Positions 1-10,104 of a stretch of 64,000 bases of DNA are shown here, in pieces; positions within the stretch are counted from its first letter, which is position 1, and the number at the start of each line of letters is the position of its first letter. Position numbers and translations under genes: made by a program. The notes below the pieces were generated by a model. That model saw only the letters and a list, made by a program, of their open reading frames with translations. It had not been told where the DNA came from and made no database searches. The stretch spans positions 32,001-96,000 of the forward strand of contig JBFXKG010000008.1 in assembly GCA_050174015.1 (NCBI GenBank). Direction: 5' to 3'. The DNA comes from Candidatus Krumholzibacteriia bacterium. Lineage in GTDB: Bacteria; Krumholzibacteriota; Krumholzibacteriia; LZORAL124-64-63.

Positions 1-468
1 TCCCTCCTCGGCCTCCTCGGGATCGCCGGCCTTCCACCTGGCCATGCCCAGCATGTAGTGGCCCCAGGCGTTGCCGGAATGGGTCTCGGTGTAGGCGAGG
101 AAGAGGTCCACGGCCTCCTCGTAGCGGCGGTCGAGGTAGGCGGTCTCCGCCTCGGCGTAGGTGACCTCGCGGTGGGGCGGGGAAGCGACCGGCTCGGCGG
201 CGGATTCGGGTTCGGCCGCCGCCACGGCGACGGAATCGGCTCCGGATCCGGCGGCCGCCTGGGGGTCGTCCCCGGCGTCCTGACCGGCCGCCACGGGAGG
301 GGCGGTCCTGTCGGGGGCGGGTGCTGCGCTCTCGACGACAGGCGACTCCTTCTGCCCGTTCGAGGCCACCCGCACCCCGACGAAGACCGTCAGACCGAGA
401 ATGAGGACGAAGAGGATGCCCGCTTCGGCGAACTTCAATCCGCTCCGGGGCTGGTTCTGCTTGTTCAT
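1..468 (-). CDS. Membrane-anchored tetratricopeptide-repeat protein (3' end outside the window)
   Basis: Not in the ORF track; translated by hand. ATG at 468 with AAGGAG RBS. MNKQNQPRSG, then hydrophobic ILFVLILGLTVFVGV, an Ala/Pro/acidic linker, then TPR-like YAEAETAYLDRRYEEAVDLF...NAWGHYMLGMARWKAGDPEEAEE. Open to the window edge. Confidence 0.8.
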   Translation of the reverse strand, partial: MNKQNQPRSGLKFAEAGILFVLILGLTVFVGVRVASNGQKESPVVESAAPAPDRTAPPVAAGQDAGDDPQAAAGSGADSVAVAAAEPESAAEPVASPPHREVTYAEAETAYLDRRYEEAVDLFLAYTETHSGNAWGHYMLGMARWKAGDPEEAEEG

Positions 469-595
469 GGCTGGCTCCTTGGCTCGGGTGGACGTTGGCT
501 GTCGACAACGGGGAAGGAGCAGGGTCCGGACCCGGGACGGGCATGCCGAATCAGGCGGAAAGTCCCCGGTTCCGGGCGTTTCGGGGGAGAAGGCG

Positions 596-627
596 AACCG
601 GGCGTGTCCATCTGGACACGCCCGGTT
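596..627. repeat. Perfect inverted repeat (hairpin)
   Basis: AACCGGGCGTGTCCA-tc-TGGACACGCCCGGTT; 15-bp perfect arms between the small ORF and the TPR gene. Confidence 0.85.
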
Positions 628-650
628 GTGGTCGTCTCGACACCTGCCGG

Positions 651-830
651 CTAGCGTCGGGGATCGTCGGGCAAGGGGAGCTGAAGCCGGGGCCGGGGGG
701 CTTCGGGCTGCTCCCGCCTCAGACGGCAAATCTCCTCGAGGGCCGGATGCAGGCCGACGGGGGCCTCCTTCCGGGGACGGGGGGTGACCTTGAGCAGGCG
801 GGCGAGGGGCATGGTCCTGGTTCCGTTCAT
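651..830 (-). CDS. Small hypothetical protein (59 aa)
   Basis: Strong RBS (AGGAAAGGAGA) 5 nt before ATG 830. MNGTRTMPLARLLKVTPRPRKEAPVGLHPALEEICRLRREQPEAPRPRLQLPLPDDPRR, TAG at 653-651. Below the ORF-track size cutoff. Confidence 0.55.
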   Translation of the reverse strand: MNGTRTMPLARLLKVTPRPRKEAPVGLHPALEEICRLRREQPEAPRPRLQLPLPDDPRR

Positions 831-975
831 GGCGGTCTCCTTTCCTGATGCACGGGATCATCGGCAAGTTTCAGGAGAGGATAAGCAAGGATCGTGTGCC
901 GGAGGTGCGGATCGCGTGGAGATTCGATTATCATGGCGTCAAGATCGTGTGAACGCCATGTCCGGAGGGACCGCC

Positions 976-2175
976 ATGCTGCGCCTGACCGTCATCGCCC
1001 TCGCCCTCGCCCTCGTGACAGCTGTTCCTGCGGCTGCGGATTTCGCCGTGGGCACGACCAGCCGGACTTTCAGCGACCCTGACCGCGGCGGGCGCGCCGT
1101 CGGCGCCGACCTCTATTACCCGGCGGTTTCCGCAGGAGCGAACCAGCCCGTCGCCGACCCCGGTCCCCAGGGATTCGCCGTGGTGGCCTTCGGGCACGGC
1201 TACCTGCTGAGCGCCTCGCTCTACCAGTGGGTCGCCGCCGACCTCGCCGCCAAGGGCTGTGTCGTGGCCGTGGCCCGCACCGGGGGCGAACTGTTTCCCG
1301 ACCATGCGGCTTTCGGGGAGGATCTGGCGTTCCTGACCCGGGCCGTCAAGGCCCTGGGCGACGACTCCGGCTCCGATCTTTTCGGCCGCCTCAACGGCCG
1401 TTCGGCCGTGGCCGGGCACAGCATGGGAGGCGGGGCGTCCTTCCTGGCGGCCGCCTCGGACCCGGCGATCACCGGTCTGTTCGCCTTCGCGCCCGCGGAG
1501 ACCGATCCCTCGGCGATCGGCGCCTCGGCGGCCATCGGACGTCCCCTTCTCATCATGGCCGGATCGCAGGATTGCGTCACGCCGCCGGCCGACCACCAGA
1601 TCCCCATGTACCAGGCGGCCCTGACCGGCTGGCGGACCCTGGTGACGCTCACGGGCGCCAGCCACTGCCAGTTCAACGCCAACAGCCTGACCTGCAACCT
1701 GGGCGAGTTCTGCAGCGCCACCATCTCCCGCCAGGTCCAGCAGGAGCGGGCGCTGGCGGTCCTCGCCCCCTGGGTGAGGGCCGTCCTGTTCGCGGAGCCC
1801 GGCGCCCTGGACGAGTTCCGCAGCCTGATCGCGGCGGCCGACGACCTGACCTACGAGGAGGCCGGTCTGCCGTCGGCGGCGGGTGGGGACCGGGGCCGCA
1901 GAATGGCGCTGACCGCGGAGGGGCCGAGCCCGGCGGGATCCCGCCTCGCCTTTCGCCTGGAAGGGGCCGAGCCGGGGCCGGTGACCGTGGTGGTGTTCGA
2001 CCTGCGCGGCCGGCTGGTGAGGACCTGGACGGACGAAGCCGGCTCGGACGGCCGGATGCAGGGGAACTGGAACGGGCAGGACGCCGGCGGCGGACCTGCC
2101 GCAGCAGGCGTCTACTTCGTGCGGGTGCGGACGGGGGCCGGTCAGGCCGACCTCAAGTTCTCCCTCGTGCGCTGA
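976..2175 (+). CDS. Secreted alpha/beta hydrolase (cutinase/chlorophyllase-like) with C-terminal FlgD-Ig-like domain
   Basis: Signal peptide MLRLTVIALALALVTAVPAAA; GHSMGGG nucleophile elbow; AGSQD and GASH acid/His candidates; C-terminal FDLRGRLVR...WNGQD...GVYFVRV; GGAGG RBS. Confidence 0.85.
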   Translation: MLRLTVIALALALVTAVPAAADFAVGTTSRTFSDPDRGGRAVGADLYYPAVSAGANQPVADPGPQGFAVVAFGHGYLLSASLYQWVAADLAAKGCVVAVARTGGELFPDHAAFGEDLAFLTRAVKALGDDSGSDLFGRLNGRSAVAGHSMGGGASFLAAASDPAITGLFAFAPAETDPSAIGASAAIGRPLLIMAGSQDCVTPPADHQIPMYQAALTGWRTLVTLTGASHCQFNANSLTCNLGEFCSATISRQVQQERALAVLAPWVRAVLFAEPGALDEFRSLIAAADDLTYEEAGLPSAAGGDRGRRMALTAEGPSPAGSRLAFRLEGAEPGPVTVVVFDLRGRLVRTWTDEAGSDGRMQGNWNGQDAGGGPAAAGVYFVRVRTGAGQADLKFSLVR

Positions 2176-2180
2176 TGGGA

Positions 2181-2200
2181 GCCGGGGGATTTCCCCCGGC
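2181..2200. terminator. Hairpin between convergent genes (possible terminator)
   Basis: GCCGGGGG-attt-CCCCCGGC, no clear U-tract. Confidence 0.5.
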
Positions 2201-2220
2201 CCTGGCCTTGCCGGCGCGGA

Positions 2221-4803
2221 TCAATAGTCCCGGCGCCACTCCTGCGGCAGCATCCCCGGCTCGATGACCATCAGCGGGCGACCGGGCTGGTCGGCGATGG
2301 CCTTGAGGTACCCGATGTCTGACGCGTCCAGGCCGGGGGCGAACCAGGCTGACGGATCCCCTGCGGCGGCCTCCAGGGCCTCCGCGCGGGCGATCATCCC
2401 CGCGGTCCACCCGTTGATCCGCGTGCCCACGCCCAGCAGGGAGGGCAGCTCGGGCAGCAGGCTGGGCAGCTCGATCAGCGGCCGGGGCGGATATTCGGTG
2501 ATCTCGACCTCCTGCCATTCCGGAATGCCGGCCAGTTCCCGGGCGCGGGCGATGGCGTCGGCCAGGGAGCCGATCCCGTCGCACAGGCCGTGATCGACGG
2601 CGTCCTCGCCCATCCACACCCGGCCCTGGGCCACCTCGGCCACGGCGTCGAACTCCAGGCCCCGGCCCTCGGCCACGGCGCTCACGAACCCCGCGTACAT
2701 GTCCCGGATCAGCTTCTCCGTGCGGTCCATCTCCTCCGGGGTCATGGCCCGGCGGGGAATGCCCCCGAGGAAGGGCAGGTTGACCGTGGAGTAGAGGTCG
2801 GCGTGACGGCCGCGGCTGACCACGTCCGAGGTCACGCCCATCTTCCCGGCGAATCCGTCGTCCCAGACCCAGCCGCTGATCACCCCGATGGACCCGGTGA
2901 CGGTCAGGGGCGTGGTCAGGATCTCGGTGCCGTCCATGCTGATCCAGTAGCCGCCGCTGGCGGCCACGTCGCCCTGGCTGACGATCACGGGCTTGCCGGC
3001 TTCCTTGAGGATGCGGGTGGCCCCGGCGATCTGGTCGCTGGCCAGGCCGTCGCCCCCGGGGGAGTCGGCGCGCAGGACGACCGCGGCGACCGAGGGGTCG
3101 CGGGCGAGCCGGCGCATGTAGGCGCCGGTGGCGCGGCCCTTGATGCCCTCGTCCATGGCGCACACGCCGAGGGCGTAGACCACGGGAATGCGCCTGGGGC
3201 GGCCCCACTGCTCATCCCAGCGGCGCGGCGCCGCCGGTTCGGGGACCTGACCGGCGGGCTTCAGGCCGCGGTCCTCGTCCAGCCACTCGGAATAGGCGTT
3301 CCAGCGCATGAGGGTGTCCACCAGGCCGGCCGCCAGGGCCTCGTCCGCGGTCAGGAAACCCTGTTCGTCCACGATCCGGTCGAACTCCGTCGGTGCCAGG
3401 GCGCGGCCGGCGGACGTTCCTTCTCGCTGGACGGCGTAGATCACGTCGACGATGCGCTGCCGCTGCTCGCGGTCGGCGTCGGACATCGAGTCGCGGCTGA
3501 GGGTCTCGGCGGCGCTCTTGTACTTGAAGTACCGGTGCTCCTGGAAGCCCAGGCCCAGCTTCTCGAGGGTGCCCTTGAGGTAGGTGCGGGACAGCACGGT
3601 TCCCGGCAGCTCGATCTGGCCCCAGGGATCGAGGGTGATGCGGTCGGCCACCGAGGCGAGGAAGTACGTGCTCTGGTCGAGGCGGTCCCCGTGGATCACG
3701 ATGGTCTTGCCGGAGGCCCTGATGCGCTCCAGCTGCTGCCGCAGCTCCCAGATCAGGGAGGGCCTCGCCCTCAGGCCGGCGACGTTCACGGCCACCAGAT
3801 CGATCCTGTCGTCCATCCGGAGGCCCTCGAGCACCGGCAGCAGGTCCAGCCAGGCCACCCTCTTGTCGTCGAACCAGCGGTGCTTCTGGTAGGTCAGGAT
3901 CTTGTTCTCGAGATCGACGGAATAATACTCGCGGCGCCGGGGGATCTCGAAGGCGCGGGGGTCCATCCCGCCGGTCGGAGGGGACGACCGCATCAGCACC
4001 GCAGCGAAGGTGTCGTCGCCGTTCTCGTCGACCGAGGGCAGCCCCAGCAAGCCGGTCTCTCCCACGGTGAGCCCCAGGGTGAAGGTGTACTGCAGGTCGT
4101 CCGTACCGGCGGATTCCCGGACCCGTCCACCCAGGTGCAGGCCGGTCAAGGGACGGACCTCCAGACCCGCGCCCCAGTCGCCCTCGTCGAAGAAGGCCTG
4201 GTCCCGGTCGGAGGTCCAGTCGGCGAACAGGGTCAACCAGGGGCGGCCCAGGGGCCGCAGGCCCACGTCGACCACCGTCTGGCCGGCGGCGGCCTCCAGG
4301 CTCAGGGCATGGGAGGCGCCCAGGGTGAACCACCGGGACGGCCGCCCGACGAACCCGGCCACCAGGGCCTTGTGCCGGGGCGTGCGGCCGGTCTCGCCGT
4401 GGCCCCAGCGGTAGCCGAGGCCGAAGGATCCGGCCCGGTTGGATCCCGCCAAGCCCAGCTGGAAGTCGGTCACGGAGTAGTCGCCACCGTCCCCGAGGTA
4501 CTCCTGGGTGAACACGGAGAAGTTCACCCGGCGCCCGAAGGCCAGACCCCAGCTCTCGAGATCCAGGTCCTCGTCCCGGCCCGTCCACACGTCCAGCCCC
4601 ACCCGGGAGTTCAGGGCGTAGGCGGCGGGGTTGAACAGGCCGCCGACCGGGCCGGCGGTCACGCTGGGGCTCTGGGGAAGCATCCAGCTGCCGGTGCGGT
4701 AGTCGGTCAGGGGCAGGGTGCCGGGTTCGGCCAGGGCGGGAATCGCTGTCCCGGCGACGATGGCCAGGCAGACCAGGGTGGACAGGACGGGACGGATGCG
4801 CAT
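2221..4803 (-). CDS. sppA: Signal peptide peptidase SppA (S49) with long N-terminal extension
   Basis: Start MRIRPVLSTLVCLAIV (signal peptide); two S49 domains; KYKSAAE, RADSPGG, VAASGGY, TGSIGV, QGRVWMG motifs. Confidence 0.88.
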   Translation of the reverse strand: MRIRPVLSTLVCLAIVAGTAIPALAEPGTLPLTDYRTGSWMLPQSPSVTAGPVGGLFNPAAYALNSRVGLDVWTGRDEDLDLESWGLAFGRRVNFSVFTQEYLGDGGDYSVTDFQLGLAGSNRAGSFGLGYRWGHGETGRTPRHKALVAGFVGRPSRWFTLGASHALSLEAAAGQTVVDVGLRPLGRPWLTLFADWTSDRDQAFFDEGDWGAGLEVRPLTGLHLGGRVRESAGTDDLQYTFTLGLTVGETGLLGLPSVDENGDDTFAAVLMRSSPPTGGMDPRAFEIPRRREYYSVDLENKILTYQKHRWFDDKRVAWLDLLPVLEGLRMDDRIDLVAVNVAGLRARPSLIWELRQQLERIRASGKTIVIHGDRLDQSTYFLASVADRITLDPWGQIELPGTVLSRTYLKGTLEKLGLGFQEHRYFKYKSAAETLSRDSMSDADREQRQRIVDVIYAVQREGTSAGRALAPTEFDRIVDEQGFLTADEALAAGLVDTLMRWNAYSEWLDEDRGLKPAGQVPEPAAPRRWDEQWGRPRRIPVVYALGVCAMDEGIKGRATGAYMRRLARDPSVAAVVLRADSPGGDGLASDQIAGATRILKEAGKPVIVSQGDVAASGGYWISMDGTEILTTPLTVTGSIGVISGWVWDDGFAGKMGVTSDVVSRGRHADLYSTVNLPFLGGIPRRAMTPEEMDRTEKLIRDMYAGFVSAVAEGRGLEFDAVAEVAQGRVWMGEDAVDHGLCDGIGSLADAIARARELAGIPEWQEVEITEYPPRPLIELPSLLPELPSLLGVGTRINGWTAGMIARAEALEAAAGDPSAWFAPGLDASDIGYLKAIADQPGRPLMVIEPGMLPQEWRRDY

Positions 4804-4814
4804 GGTGAACCTCG

Positions 4815-6182
<1,368 letters not shown>

Positions 6183-6183
6183 G

Positions 6184-7926
6184 TCAGGCCTCGGGCAGGG
6201 GGAAGGAAAGGGTGAAGGTCGTGCCCCGGCCCGCCTGGCTGGCCACCTTGACGGAGCCGCCCAGATCCCCCGCCAGCCGGCGCACGTTGCTCAGGCCCAG
6301 GCCGGTGCCCTGGGGCTTGGTGGTGAAGAAGTCCTGGAAGATGCGGTCCAGGTCGCCGGGCGGGATCCCCGCACCCGAATCCGAGACGCTCAGGACCACC
6401 ACGGGGTTGCCGAAATCCTCGTCCATTTCGAGGGAGCCGTCCACCGTGACCAGACCGCCGCCGGGCGGCAGGCTCTCCAGGGCGTTGCGCAGAAGGTTGT
6501 CCAGGATGCGGCGCAGGCTCACCGGATCACCCGAAATCGGGGGCAGGTTGCTGGGGACGGCGTTGGTCAGGGTGACGCCGGGACCGGCGGTCGCGGCGGC
6601 GGCGACCAGGGCCTCGGCGGCGATGGCGTCCAGCCGGCAGGGGTCGTGACGGCGTTCGGGGCTGAGGCGCGCGTAGTGGGTCGCCAGGTCCTCCAGGTAG
6701 CCCAGGCTCTCGTCCAGGTTGGCGCGGCGGGACCGGAAGACCTCGGCCAGGCGGTCGGGCTCGCGTTCGGCCACCTCGCCGAGGTGGCGCATGACGTTGC
6801 GCAGGGGGGTGATGCCGTTGCGGATGTCGTGGTTCACCTGACGGGCCACCTCGCCCAGGGTGGCGCGATGTTCGGCGGCCTTCAGGCGCTCCACCCCGTC
6901 TCGCAGCCGGGCGGTCATGGCGCCCAGCAGGCGGGTCAGGTGTCCCACCTCGTCGCGCCGGTCGCTGGTGAACTCGGCGTCGAGGCGGTCCAGGTCCAGG
7001 TCCGCCGTCTGCCGGGCGAGACGGGCCAGGGGCCGGGTGATGCGACCGGCGAGGAGGACCGCCAGCAGCGCCGAGGCGATCACGGCGGCCAGCAGCACCA
7101 TGCCCAGGCGGCTGCGCAGCACGCCGAGAAAGGCCCGCAGCTCGGCGGGATCATGCCCCACCAGAAGCCAGGCGTCGGCCGGTCCCTCGCCGCCCAGGAA
7201 GGCGACGGCCTGGCGGCGCACCATGAATCCCCGCCGTTCGAGCCGGTGGACCGATTGTTCCGAACTGCCGCTGCCCGAGCACGCTTCGGCCAGGGCGCTG
7301 GTGGTGGCGAACACCCCGCCCGGCCAGACCAGGGCCAGGCCCAGTTCCCCCCCGCGGCCCCAGTCCGCGAGGGTGTCCTGGTCGATGCGCAGACCGGCGA
7401 CGACGTGCAGCTTCCTCTCGCCCAGGGTGACGGGACGGGTGCGGGCCAGGGCCAGGAAGGCCCCGCCGGGGTCGCGGGCCGGCAGGAGGGCGCGGCCGCC
7501 GGAAGCGTTGCCCAGGGCCGCCACGAGACGGGGTTCCAGGCTGCCGGCCAGGCCCCGCAGGTGCCCGGCGCTGAGCACGGTCCCGTCCCGGTCCTGGATG
7601 AGCAGCAGGTCCAGGCGCATCAGGGACATCTGGCGAGCGGCATAATCCACGAGGAACGCCCGCCCCTCCTCGGTGGGGGCCTGGACCGCCAGGCGGAACC
7701 GGTTGTCGGCCTGCAGGGATTCGGCGAGGGTGTCCAGCAGGGTGGCCAGGCTGCGGTCCAGGTCGTCGAGGGCGGCGGCGGCCTGGCGCATCTCCTGCTC
7801 GATGCGCGCGGTGTCCCGCGCCGCGTAGCGCTTGCCGACCTCCGATTCCACCAGTCGTCCCACCAGCACCAGCGGCAGCACGGTCAACAACAGGAGCACC
7901 AGGAGGATCTGGCTGCGCAGACTCAC
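6184..7926 (-). CDS. HAMP-domain sensor histidine kinase (NtrY-like)
   Basis: GTG 7926 overlaps the upstream TGA; two TM segments, HAMP, H-box VNHDIRNGITP, N-box NLLRNA, DSGAG, FFTTK, GTGLGL. Confidence 0.92.
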   Translation of the reverse strand: MSLRSQILLVLLLLTVLPLVLVGRLVESEVGKRYAARDTARIEQEMRQAAAALDDLDRSLATLLDTLAESLQADNRFRLAVQAPTEEGRAFLVDYAARQMSLMRLDLLLIQDRDGTVLSAGHLRGLAGSLEPRLVAALGNASGGRALLPARDPGGAFLALARTRPVTLGERKLHVVAGLRIDQDTLADWGRGGELGLALVWPGGVFATTSALAEACSGSGSSEQSVHRLERRGFMVRRQAVAFLGGEGPADAWLLVGHDPAELRAFLGVLRSRLGMVLLAAVIASALLAVLLAGRITRPLARLARQTADLDLDRLDAEFTSDRRDEVGHLTRLLGAMTARLRDGVERLKAAEHRATLGEVARQVNHDIRNGITPLRNVMRHLGEVAEREPDRLAEVFRSRRANLDESLGYLEDLATHYARLSPERRHDPCRLDAIAAEALVAAAATAGPGVTLTNAVPSNLPPISGDPVSLRRILDNLLRNALESLPPGGGLVTVDGSLEMDEDFGNPVVVLSVSDSGAGIPPGDLDRIFQDFFTTKPQGTGLGLSNVRRLAGDLGGSVKVASQAGRGTTFTLSFPLPEA

Positions 7927-9566
7927 GGCAGCTCCCGGTCGTCGAGCCGGCCCAGACCGCCCAGCCAGGGCGTGCCGTCGAACTCCACGGTCATCCCGCC
8001 CAGGTTCCCGCGCACGGCCAGCCAGCGGCGGGACACGCCGAGGGGTTGGATCCAACCGTTCTCCATCAGGCGGGCGAGGGGATCGACCGGCCGGGGCTCC
8101 AGCCGCAGGGCGGCCCCGGCATAGGAGTCGTCGGGAAGGGGGGACCCTTCGGGCCAGGCCGCCTGCTGGATCCATCCCGCCCGGCCCAGGAGGGCTGCGA
8201 GCTGCAGGCAGCCGTCGGGGAACTCCTGGTCCACGGCCAGGAGCACCGCCCCGGTCATCTGCCACTGCAGGACGAAGTCCAGCGGGGGACCGGCCACGGG
8301 CACGAGCGTGGGCGGGAAGGTCGCCTCGCCGGCCACCCGTTCGGCCAGTTCCTCGAGGCCTGGCTCGCCGGCGCGGTAGGCCAGGGCGTCGGGGCCGAGG
8401 GGCAGGCTGGCCAGGTTCCACGCCACCGGCGCGGCGGACCGATCGGCCACCGGGCCGTGCAGCTGGGGGCAGGACTCACCCGTCCACGGGGGGACGACCG
8501 GCTGGGGCCAGTCCTGCCAGGCGATCAGCCCGGGGGGCGAGGCCTTCAACCCCGCGGCCAGGTCGCGTCCCCATCGACGGGCGTCGGGGGCGTTCTGGCG
8601 CGGGGGGCAGAACAGCAGGAAAAGGCGGGTCCAGGGCAGGGCGCTCACCCGATAGCCGGGCAGTGCGTCGTAGAATTCCCGGCTCCGGAGATCGTCCAGG
8701 ACCACGAGGTCGGGGCCGCCGGCGCCTGCGGTGACCAGGTCGCGGGGATCGGCCCCGGGCCGGCACACGAAGACCAGCTGCTTCCAGGAAGGCGCCTCGG
8801 GATGGTGCAGGTTGGGCTGGCAGACCAGCTCGGGCAGGGGAGGGGGCGTGGTGGCCTGGAGCCGGGCGCAACCACTGCCCACGGGCCAGGTCCAGCCCGG
8901 CCGCCGGGCGCAGACGGCGGTGGCCGGATGAGCCAGCAGCCGGGGGAAGTCCGCCTGGGGTTCGGGCAGCTGGACCGAAAGGCGGCGGCCGTCCAGCACG
9001 GCCACCGATCTGGCGTGGGCGTTGAACCAGGTCCAGGGGGACGAACCCCGCCCTCCGGCGGGGCAGTCCTGGTTGCCGCGCCAGGCCTGGCGCACCTCCT
9101 CGGGGGTGATGCGGACGCCGTCCCAGAACTTCGCCCCCTCGCGGAGGGTGAACACCCAGACGGTGTGGTCCTCGTTGCTGGACCAGTGGGCGGCCAGGCC
9201 GGGTCGCAGGTTCCCCTCGCAATCCACCCGCACCAGGGTTTCGTAGAGATGGGCGAAGACCAGGCGCTCGGCGGAATTGTGGGGGATGGGCGCCCGGTCG
9301 GGCAGCACGCTGTCGGTCACCGCAACTCGGTACACCCCGCCGCCGAGGACCGTCTCCTCGCCGTCCAGGCACCCGGTCCGCGGCTCGTCCGCCGTCGCGC
9401 CAGGCCAGCGGGTTCCCGTTCCCGCGGCCTCGCCGCCGGTTTCGCGGTCCTGGATGCGCGGGCCGCCGCAGCCGGTCAGGACGGCGCACAGGACGACCCC
9501 GGCCAGGGCGAGGGCGGCCGGAAGGCGGCAGGCCCGATCGCGGGGATGGATTCTCCGTAATCTCAA
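7923..9566 (-). CDS. Lipoprotein with family-5 (oligopeptide-type) solute-binding N-terminal domain
   Basis: Lipobox LTGC; LYETLVRVD...PGLAAHWS...WVFTLREGAKFWDG. TTG 9566 follows a GGAGAGG RBS and an extended -10 (TGC-TATGAT, 9627-9619). Start is uncertain. Confidence 0.75.
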   Translation of the reverse strand: MRLRRIHPRDRACRLPAALALAGVVLCAVLTGCGGPRIQDRETGGEAAGTGTRWPGATADEPRTGCLDGEETVLGGGVYRVAVTDSVLPDRAPIPHNSAERLVFAHLYETLVRVDCEGNLRPGLAAHWSSNEDHTVWVFTLREGAKFWDGVRITPEEVRQAWRGNQDCPAGGRGSSPWTWFNAHARSVAVLDGRRLSVQLPEPQADFPRLLAHPATAVCARRPGWTWPVGSGCARLQATTPPPLPELVCQPNLHHPEAPSWKQLVFVCRPGADPRDLVTAGAGGPDLVVLDDLRSREFYDALPGYRVSALPWTRLFLLFCPPRQNAPDARRWGRDLAAGLKASPPGLIAWQDWPQPVVPPWTGESCPQLHGPVADRSAAPVAWNLASLPLGPDALAYRAGEPGLEELAERVAGEATFPPTLVPVAGPPLDFVLQWQMTGAVLLAVDQEFPDGCLQLAALLGRAGWIQQAAWPEGSPLPDDSYAGAALRLEPRPVDPLARLMENGWIQPLGVSRRWLAVRGNLGGMTVEFDGTPWLGGLGRLDDRELP

Positions 9567-9717
9567 GAAGGTCCCTCTCCTTGGCAGGACCATCCGCCCG
9601 GAGGATGGCCGGATGCGCATCATAGCACGGCGTCCCGCGAATGCCTCGCCCGGATTTCCCGCGGACCCGGGCGCCGCCCGCAAATGGCTCTGGCGTTCGG
9701 GGGACTTGTGGGCTTCA

Positions 9718-10104
9718 ATGGAGCAAAACGAGAACGAACCTCCGAGTTCCAGCGCCCCCCGGCGGCCGCGAAGCCGGGCCAACACCGTGAAGAATCCCGT
9801 CTGCCCCGTCTGCGGCTACCGCTTCCCCTGGAAGGAGGCGCTCGGCCAGGTGTCCCGTCCCCGCTCGGGGGGCTCGGCCCTGTGGGGCGTGGGGTGTCCC
9901 TCCTGCCGGGCCGACCTGAAAGTGCCCAACGGCCGCGCGCTGCTCATCGCAGCCTCCGGCATCTTCTTCGGGAGCCAGTCCTCGAGCCTGATGCTGGTCG
10001 GACGGCCCGACCGGCTGACCTTCCTGCTGGGAGCCGTGCTGCTGGTGGCGCTCTTCTACGCCCTGGCGATCTTCCTCTTCTTCGATCTGGAGCAGGTCTC
10101 ATGA
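9718..10104 (+). CDS. Small Zn-ribbon (CPVC...CPSC) membrane protein
   Basis: Two CxxC pairs followed by two hydrophobic helices; stop overlaps the next ATG (ATGA). Start is 9718 or GTG 9787. Confidence 0.65.
   Translation: MEQNENEPPSSSAPRRPRSRANTVKNPVCPVCGYRFPWKEALGQVSRPRSGGSALWGVGCPSCRADLKVPNGRALLIAASGIFFGSQSSSLMLVGRPDRLTFLLGAVLLVALFYALAIFLFFDLEQVS

Noticed and set aside
885..902. Sigma54 promoter (GGCACACGATCCTTGC on the minus strand)
   Set aside because: GG-to-GC spacing is 12 nt rather than the required 10
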